From: a virus
Taxonomy: Duplodnaviria > Caudoviricetes
Virus record (IMG/VR): IMGVR_UViG_3300025934_000015
Coordinates: 1-64,000 of that record
DNA length: 64,000 nt
Strand: one strand, 5' to 3'
Shown here: positions 57,680 to 64,000 of the stretch, one piece after another
Position numbering within the stretch: the stretch's first letter is position 1
Layout of the letters: every line of letters begins with the position of its first letter
Translations under genes and position numbers: made by a program
Notes under the pieces: model-generated
Told to the model about the DNA's origin: nothing
What the model saw: the letters and a program-made list of their open reading frames with translations, nothing else
The model's database searches: none

Positions 57680-60600
57680 TTCAACTGCCACTGTCCCCAG
57701 ACGTCGGCGCGCGGGTGCTTACCCAGGCACTCCTGCGGCTTCGTCTGCTCGGCGGTCCCGGCAGTGGTAACTTCGGGCACAGTGGACGCCCGGGCGAAGT
57801 GGGCGGCTCCAGTGGTGAGCGACAACCCCAGGGCGATGAGGAAGACAACGATCTCAAGGCGCGTACCTTCTTCCATGGCACGCACTCGCTGAGTGTGCAG
57901 GACATTCTCCAACAGGGACTGTTAGTCGGCCATGCGGGGAAGATGTGGCCGAGTTTCTCCTCGCGCGAACATACATACATCACGACCGACCACGACAACG
58001 CGGAACACTGGGCCGAGTCGGCGGTGCAGAAAATGAAGATTGATCACCGGGATGCGGAGATCTATCCGGTGATTTTGACTGTGCGCGTGCCGCCCGAGTA
58101 CGCGCGACGTGTGGTGCAGGATTCCCACTTCCCTGAGCCCGGATCCCCGGCGCGGCAATTCAAAGGCAACATCCACCCCTCGTGGATCATCGGCGCGAAG
58201 ATGGGTGCGTGGGACGATGATGCGGACGGCATTGTATGGAAGGACGTATCGCGGTCGTCCCCGATGCCACGCGCCGCGGCGGACGCCGACACGATTATCC
58301 ACATTGTCCTGTTGCTGACGTCGAAGAAGTTGCGGACAGCCGGTGGTCCTGGCTCGGGCAACTTCGGCCACAGTGGACGCCCAGGACAGGTGGGCGGTTC
58401 TAGTAGCGCATTGACGGATAGCACAACGCATCCGGCCGACATGTCCTTCGAGCAGTTCCAAAAGCCTGTGCCGTTGCCTCCCGTTCCGGAGGGCCATATT
58501 CGGCTGTCGCATGTGACGTCCGCCGAGAATGTGCCGAACATTCTGCGCGAAGGGTTAAAGCAGTCCAAGTCGAAGGGGGCGTCCTACGGCGAGCCGAGTG
58601 TAGTCTGGGCCACGACGCATGGTGAGACGTGGGGCGGCGCACTGGACGCCAACGCCCGCGAAATCATTTTTGACATGCCGACGAAGGACGTCAGCAGTGC
58701 GGGCACACTGCATCGCATGGCGGATGTGCCGCCAGAGGCGATTGTCTCGGTGGAGCGCGCGGGATTTAGCGATGTGTCCACCGGCGCGTTGACCCTCCGG
58801 CAGGAACGGAAACACGAGGATCTGAACACGCGACGCCAGTACTGGGAAGCCTACCAGCGCGAGAAGCCCAAGTCGCCCCTGCCGTTCCGTCCGCCCGGCG
58901 TCTACGACGAGAAGGGGCGGTTGATTGCGCCGGTACAGTCGCAGCCGCACGCGCGGCCGTCCGGCCCGTGGGACATGAACCGTGCCGCCGGAGGTCCTGG
59001 CTCGGGAAACTTCGGCCACAGCGGACGTCCCGGACAAGTCGGCGGATCGACGTCTGGCGACGATGCGCGTATTGATAACCTCGAATCCTTCGACAAAATT
59101 CAGGTAGGCGACTACACGGTCCGTCGGGACATGTATGGCATGTGGGTCGTGTACAACGACCACAGTCACGCCGCGTTTGAGGATGCGCAGGGTGCCAAGC
59201 TGTACCTGCGGTCCAAACAGACGGCCGTGAACGCCGACCCGCATACGCTCGACGTGCCCGTGTCCATCTACCACAATTCGCCAGACCAGTTTGCGGAAAA
59301 TAAACCCACGTTTGGTGCGTACTTCGGGGATGAGCATTTCCTTAAGGCGTTTCCGAATGAATGGGGCGAGCACACGTATAAGGTCACACTGCCGAAGGGC
59401 AGTAAGGTGTTAGACCTGGGTAAGGATACGCCTGAGGCCCGGGAGTTTATGGCGACCGTGGCCGGGATTGCGTATCCGAAGGATCCTGGCATTGCGGACT
59501 GGCAAGCGCGACTTCGACAGGGCGATCCTGCGGCCAGTAGCTACGATGAATTCTACGAAGCGTGGACAGATAAGAAAAACATCCTCGGTGCGTTGAAACA
59601 GCACAAGGGCTACGATGCGGTCCGCTATCAGTCAGAGTACGTGTTGCCACCAGAGACCCTGAAGAAACTCAAGGGCACGAAACTGAAGACGGCGGAAGTG
59701 TTCAGGACGCTCGGTGGATCGGGGTCCGGTAATTTCGGCCACGCGGGACGGCCGGGTGAAGTTGGGGGATCGGTAACAGAGGGTGGACCTAACGGGGAAT
59801 CGGAGCCATTACACGCGGGCCCGCGTATTGGATTTGTAACCCCGACAGGTCAAGAACGTGTCGCTAGTAAAACCAGTGGCGGTATTGGTGGTTACGGTGA
59901 AGACCATACGGATCTTGCACGACGGTTGATGGACGATGAGAACGGCGGCGTACAACCGGCATTGAAACAGGGGTACTTACGCTATTGGGTGCGTAATGGC
60001 GAGATTGCACTCAACTTTAAGTCTGGTCAACCAAATACCGCATCTAACGCTCTTCGATTCATCAAGGAAAACGTTCAGGACGGCGATCGCATTTACCTCG
60101 ACATTGAACATCCCCATGGCGATAACGTTACGCTTGGAGGATTCTTCGACAACCCTCGTGAAGCCAATCAGGCGATCCGTCGTGCAGGTGGACTGAAAAC
60201 ACTTGGGGGCCCTGGCTCCGGTAACTTCGGCCACACCGGACGGCCCGGCGAAGTCGGCGGCTCCTCGGGTGGTGAACTGGGTCCGCGTCCAACGCCCATC
60301 AAGGTGTCGAAGGTCAAGGACGCCATCCCGCTCATCCTCCAGGGCAAAGTCGTCGAGCTGCCGAACGTCCGCAAGGTCAATGTGCTGATGCAGCGATTGG
60401 CCAAGATCGCGAAGGACGCCAAGCGACAGGGTAAGGACGCGCCCTCGTATGATGCGTGTCAGATCGTGGTGCCGGGGTCCAATATCTTCTGTGGTCAGCA
60501 CCTTGTGACCAAGGAATACCCTAACGGCATGCCCCGCATTGTCATGCCGCAGTTTGCTAGTGAACCGATTCCTGGAACGCCTGCCGATAAACTGCCGCGC

Positions 60601-62689
60601 GATGCGAAGGGAGTGGTCGATGCGGGTCCGGAATTTATTGATCATCTGGCATCACGCGGTATCACGAGTACACGTGTGGACGTCCCCTCGGCGTCCCTGC
60701 GGCCCAGTCAGGCGCAACTCGACGGTCCCAAAATCGCCAAGCGCATGGTCCAGAAGGACTACCGGCCCAGTAGTCCGATCTTTATCTCACGTGACGGTTA
60801 CATCGTGGATGGCCACCACCGTTGGGCAGCCGTGGTCGGCCGCGACGCCGAAGACGGACACTTAGGCGACTCCACGATCCGCGCCTACAAGATTGACGCG
60901 CCGATCAGCGAGATCCTGAACATTGCGAAGACCTGGACTAAGACCTTTGGGCTCGAACAGAAGGGGATTGGGCGCGCGGCTGGTGGACCCGGGAGCGGGA
61001 ATTTCGGCCATAGCGGACGGCCGGGTGAAGTCGGTGGATCGTCCAGTGAGGGCGGATCAGCCGTCACGAAAAGTACGCCGTTCAAACGATGGTTCAAACA
61101 ATCCAAAGTCGTCGACGCGGAAGGCAAACCGCTGGTCGTCTACCACGGTACGACGCATGACTTCGACACGTTTGAACCGGCGGGCTCGGATAAGTACAAC
61201 ATCGAATCCGACTTCGGCGCAGCCGCCTATTTCTCCAACTCCGCGTCGGATGTATCCGAAAACTACGCAGGTGTAGGGCCGGATCTCACGAGCCGTCTGG
61301 AACAGCGTGCCGACCAACTGACGAGCGAGAACGACGAGCTGGATCATGAGGCCGCACTGAAGCAGGCGCGCGAGGAGTTAGTGGGCCGGAGCGGCGCGCT
61401 GGGCGTGCCCGTCTATCTGTCGATGCAAAACCCCTTTGTGCTGGGGGACGCGTACGACGAGGATCATCCGGTCAAGGAAACCTACCTCACGCACGAGTAT
61501 GTCTACGACGATCCCAATGACCCCGATTCTGACATCGTGGGTGAGGAAGGCACGCTCGTCGACTTTATCACCGCGTTGAAGGATGAGGCTGGGCAGTTCC
61601 ACGATACCGAAGGCGTTGATGACTTCCTGACGAAGTTAGCGGATAACAGCTTTGATGGCATGCACGCCAGTGAACTCGACAAACTGTGGCGCACCACGGA
61701 AACGACTGCCTATGTGACCGACGATCAGGGGCGGCTGGCAGGCAACGAACTCTATCGACGTGCGCTGGAGCGCGCAGGGTTCGATGGCGTGATTGACCGC
61801 TCGGTCGATACGAAGTTTGGCTCGGCACGGCGCATTGGTAAGCAGATGATCGGTGTGACTGCCGATACCGAACATTACATCGTCTTCAAACCCCAGCAGA
61901 TTAAGTCCGCTATCGGGAATCGGAAGTTTAACCCGAAGAGTCCCGTGATCACGCTCGGTGGTCCGGGCTCCGGCAACTTCGGTCACGCCGGACGGCCCGG
62001 TGAAGTCGGGGGCTCTGGCGTAGGCGACAGTACCGCGCACTTACCGGAATCGGTCGCGTATGTCCTGCGGGCGCGCGAACAGAAATTAAAGGAACTTGAC
62101 TACGAAGCCGCCGCTATTCTCTCACCTACGGGCGAGGTGGTGAATTATATCTCCAGTTACGCGAAGGACTACATCACGATCGATGAAAAGTTGAAGCCAA
62201 GTTTGGCCGATACCATCTTTACCCACAATCATCCGGGCAGTAACGGTCTGAGTCTGGCGGACGGCGACGTGGCGGTTAACCTGAATATCCGCGAGATACG
62301 AGCGATTGGCGCGGATGGGCGTGTGCATAGTCTGCGACGCGAGGGCGACCGTTGGCCGGACAATTTTATGGCCCTGGTGCGTGTGGCGGACTATGAAACG
62401 CAAAAGACCTTTTCTGAGGAGATCCGCGCCGGACACATGACGATGCAGGAGGCCAATGCGAAGCACTACGATCATGTGTACGCAACGGCTGTAGCAAAAA
62501 TCCCTGGTGTCGCGTTCGTGATGGCTCCCAGTCTGCCGGTGGTCTCGGAGGTCCATGTCTGAGATCATTTTGATTGACGATCGTGAGTTCCGGATCCCGG
62601 TCTACACCGAGGAGAGTGTCCGCACACTCGGCGGTCCCGGCTCGGGCAACTTCGGCCACAGCGGACGCCCTGGCGAGGTGGGGGGCTCC
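56114..62689 (+). repeat. Eleven in-frame copies of the 20-codon peptide GG[PS]GSGNFGHxGRPG[EQ][VI]GGS
   Basis: Copies start at 56114, 56531, 57404, 57751, 58342, 58990, 59713, 60205, 60982, 61957 and 62630; differences are mostly synonymous. Confidence 0.97.
57676..62562 (+). CDS. Polyvalent protein 2 (1628 aa): several ADP-ribosyltransferase-like, ParB-like and JAB/MPN-like modules, with 7 linker peptides
   Basis: FFHGT..ILQQGL; LSHVT..ILREGL; SKVVDAEGKPLVVYHGT...QIKSAIGN; VDGHHRWAA; FTHNHPGSNGLSLAD. Confidence 0.85.
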   Translation: MIQLPLSPDVGARVLTQALLRLRLLGGPGSGNFGHSGRPGEVGGSSGERQPQGDEEDNDLKARTFFHGTHSLSVQDILQQGLLVGHAGKMWPSFSSREHTYITTDHDNAEHWAESAVQKMKIDHRDAEIYPVILTVRVPPEYARRVVQDSHFPEPGSPARQFKGNIHPSWIIGAKMGAWDDDADGIVWKDVSRSSPMPRAAADADTIIHIVLLLTSKKLRTAGGPGSGNFGHSGRPGQVGGSSSALTDSTTHPADMSFEQFQKPVPLPPVPEGHIRLSHVTSAENVPNILREGLKQSKSKGASYGEPSVVWATTHGETWGGALDANAREIIFDMPTKDVSSAGTLHRMADVPPEAIVSVERAGFSDVSTGALTLRQERKHEDLNTRRQYWEAYQREKPKSPLPFRPPGVYDEKGRLIAPVQSQPHARPSGPWDMNRAAGGPGSGNFGHSGRPGQVGGSTSGDDARIDNLESFDKIQVGDYTVRRDMYGMWVVYNDHSHAAFEDAQGAKLYLRSKQTAVNADPHTLDVPVSIYHNSPDQFAENKPTFGAYFGDEHFLKAFPNEWGEHTYKVTLPKGSKVLDLGKDTPEAREFMATVAGIAYPKDPGIADWQARLRQGDPAASSYDEFYEAWTDKKNILGALKQHKGYDAVRYQSEYVLPPETLKKLKGTKLKTAEVFRTLGGSGSGNFGHAGRPGEVGGSVTEGGPNGESEPLHAGPRIGFVTPTGQERVASKTSGGIGGYGEDHTDLARRLMDDENGGVQPALKQGYLRYWVRNGEIALNFKSGQPNTASNALRFIKENVQDGDRIYLDIEHPHGDNVTLGGFFDNPREANQAIRRAGGLKTLGGPGSGNFGHTGRPGEVGGSSGGELGPRPTPIKVSKVKDAIPLILQGKVVELPNVRKVNVLMQRLAKIAKDAKRQGKDAPSYDACQIVVPGSNIFCGQHLVTKEYPNGMPRIVMPQFASEPIPGTPADKLPRDAKGVVDAGPEFIDHLASRGITSTRVDVPSASLRPSQAQLDGPKIAKRMVQKDYRPSSPIFISRDGYIVDGHHRWAAVVGRDAEDGHLGDSTIRAYKIDAPISEILNIAKTWTKTFGLEQKGIGRAAGGPGSGNFGHSGRPGEVGGSSSEGGSAVTKSTPFKRWFKQSKVVDAEGKPLVVYHGTTHDFDTFEPAGSDKYNIESDFGAAAYFSNSASDVSENYAGVGPDLTSRLEQRADQLTSENDELDHEAALKQAREELVGRSGALGVPVYLSMQNPFVLGDAYDEDHPVKETYLTHEYVYDDPNDPDSDIVGEEGTLVDFITALKDEAGQFHDTEGVDDFLTKLADNSFDGMHASELDKLWRTTETTAYVTDDQGRLAGNELYRRALERAGFDGVIDRSVDTKFGSARRIGKQMIGVTADTEHYIVFKPQQIKSAIGNRKFNPKSPVITLGGPGSGNFGHAGRPGEVGGSGVGDSTAHLPESVAYVLRAREQKLKELDYEAAAILSPTGEVVNYISSYAKDYITIDEKLKPSLADTIFTHNHPGSNGLSLADGDVAVNLNIREIRAIGADGRVHSLRREGDRWPDNFMALVRVADYETQKTFSEEIRAGHMTMQEANAKHYDHVYATAVAKIPGVAFVMAPSLPVVSEVHV

Positions 62690-64000
62690 GCGCCCGAGGA
62701 CGGACCGGCCATCGGTGGCAGCATCCGCGCGCAAAAAGAGGAAGGCGTGCGCCGCGTCGAAGCGCTCCTCGACAAGGCGGTCAAGTCGGCGGACTTTACG
62801 GTCGCGGGTGACGAGAGTTATACCGAAGACGATTTGACCTGGAGTGATTTCTCCAGTACGCAGCAGGATCGCGCATTTGAAAATTTCCGTGACCAGTCCT
62901 ATAACGAAGGCGTGGAGGTTGATGATAGCGAGATCATCAGTGACCTCTACAAGGACTTATACCGCGATAACGAGAAGGTCGTCGAGGAGGCTTCACAGAA
63001 GTTAATCGACGACATCAATAATCCGGAGTCCACGGTTCAGGCGTTTCAGCAGACGACCGAACTGCCGTTTACCACGGAGAGTGGCGAGCCCGCGCCGGTG
63101 GTGCAGCGGTTCTATCTCGATCCCGACACGATCGAAGCGGAAGAAGATACGGGCGATGGCGCGCCCCTCAATGAGGACGCCCTGCGTCTGACCAATGGTG
63201 AGGAGCTGACGCCCCAACAAAAAGAAGCCGTGGACATGCTCTGGTCCCATCACTACGAAGCGGAGATGGACAAGGCCAAGGAGCGGGTGACCGAGAGTGA
63301 CGAATACTCCGAGCGCCGCAATGAGTTAGAGTCTGAGGAGATCGATAGTCAGTGGAATAACATGTCCGACTCGAAGAAGATCGACTATCTCGATCAAAAC
63401 GACAAGGACGCTGCACTCGAAGAGAAGGCTGGTACCGGAACTGAAACCTTAGACAACTCCGAACCCGATAACTGGATTGTCGATACGGAAGTCGAGGAAT
63501 CCACCGGCCGCGCCACGGATGAGAGCAAGCGGGAGGACTACGACAAGACCCGCATTCTCGCGCGGAAGCTGGCCGAACTGCGCACATCGGAGATCCTAAC
63601 TGAACGCGGGTTAAGTACGACGGGCGCGGCGGACATTCCCCGCAGTGTGTGGGAGGCGTGGAAAGGATCGTCGACGAGCGACTTAGGATTGGCATTGCAG
63701 TTAGCCGCCGCGGAAGAACTCGGTGGACACCATCGGCTGAATGAGCGGGAAGTGAGTCACGCACGACAAATCGCGGATCAGCAATTTGGTATTCAGGTGC
63801 CGTTTGCAGATTTACCCAAGGCAACACAAGATCAGGCGCATGAACGCTACGTACGTGAATTTGCGGACTACGAGGTGCAGAGTTTCAAAACGCAAAACGA
63901 TAACGCAAAAGTGCCCTACACCGAAGCCGATGTCCAAGCCTACCGTCAGAAGGCGGAGGATCGGTGGGAAAAAGGGTGGGAGTCACTGTCTGGATATGGT
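62555..64000 (+). CDS. Polyvalent protein 3 (acidic), runs off the window edge
   Basis: Absent from the ORF track. GGAGG RBS, then MSEIILIDDREFRIPVYTEESVRTL-GGPGSGNFGHSGRPGEVGGS followed by Asp/Glu-rich sequence open to the end. Confidence 0.85.
   Translation, partial: MSEIILIDDREFRIPVYTEESVRTLGGPGSGNFGHSGRPGEVGGSAPEDGPAIGGSIRAQKEEGVRRVEALLDKAVKSADFTVAGDESYTEDDLTWSDFSSTQQDRAFENFRDQSYNEGVEVDDSEIISDLYKDLYRDNEKVVEEASQKLIDDINNPESTVQAFQQTTELPFTTESGEPAPVVQRFYLDPDTIEAEEDTGDGAPLNEDALRLTNGEELTPQQKEAVDMLWSHHYEAEMDKAKERVTESDEYSERRNELESEEIDSQWNNMSDSKKIDYLDQNDKDAALEEKAGTGTETLDNSEPDNWIVDTEVEESTGRATDESKREDYDKTRILARKLAELRTSEILTERGLSTTGAADIPRSVWEAWKGSSTSDLGLALQLAAAEELGGHHRLNEREVSHARQIADQQFGIQVPFADLPKATQDQAHERYVREFADYEVQSFKTQNDNAKVPYTEADVQAYRQKAEDRWEKGWESLSGYG

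Noticed and set aside
56114-62689. Inteins, collagen repeats or a DNA-level mobile repeat as explanation of the Gly-rich tag
   Set aside because: No Cys/Ser...His-Asn splice motifs or Gly-X-Y periodicity, and variation is mostly synonymous, indicating peptide-level selection

Overview
This window is a 64-kb segment of a GC-rich tailed dsDNA phage genome; no host housekeeping context, integrase or capsid gene is recognisable. The left arm (1-33.2 kb, minus strand) carries replication and accessory genes: a beta-helix protein, a PurA-like/vWA/J-domain-kinase module, an SMC-like ATPase, a DEDD exonuclease, a cold-shock protein, methyltransferases, a beta-clamp, tRNA-Gly, a family-A polymerase, Ro60 (TROVE), an ATP-dependent ligase and many small ORFs. 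The right arm (33.5-64 kb, plus strand) carries a primase-helicase, small ORFs, terminase, a DHH phosphoesterase, portal, virion-like proteins and large multi-domain proteins. Three systems stand out. (1) A promoter-driven tandem array of five Y-RNA-like genes, two with a complete permuted tRNA-like YrlA domain, plus a sixth unrelated structured RNA, lies directly upstream of the phage Ro60 gene. (2) Twelve copies of a ~40-bp element read as ECF-sigma promoters (GAACTT-N17-TCTAA) with a built-in palindrome, and 11 of them sit 6-8 nt before an ATG, giving an array of leaderless gene cassettes. (3) Three consecutive ORFs are built as polyproteins in which 2H-phosphoesterase, ParB-like, ADP-ribosyltransferase-like and JAB-like modules are separated by 11 copies of the 20-aa peptide GG[PS]GSGNFGHxGRPG[EQ][VI]GGS, usually preceded by [RK]-[TA]-[AL]. 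All family assignments come from motif recognition by eye; no searches were run.
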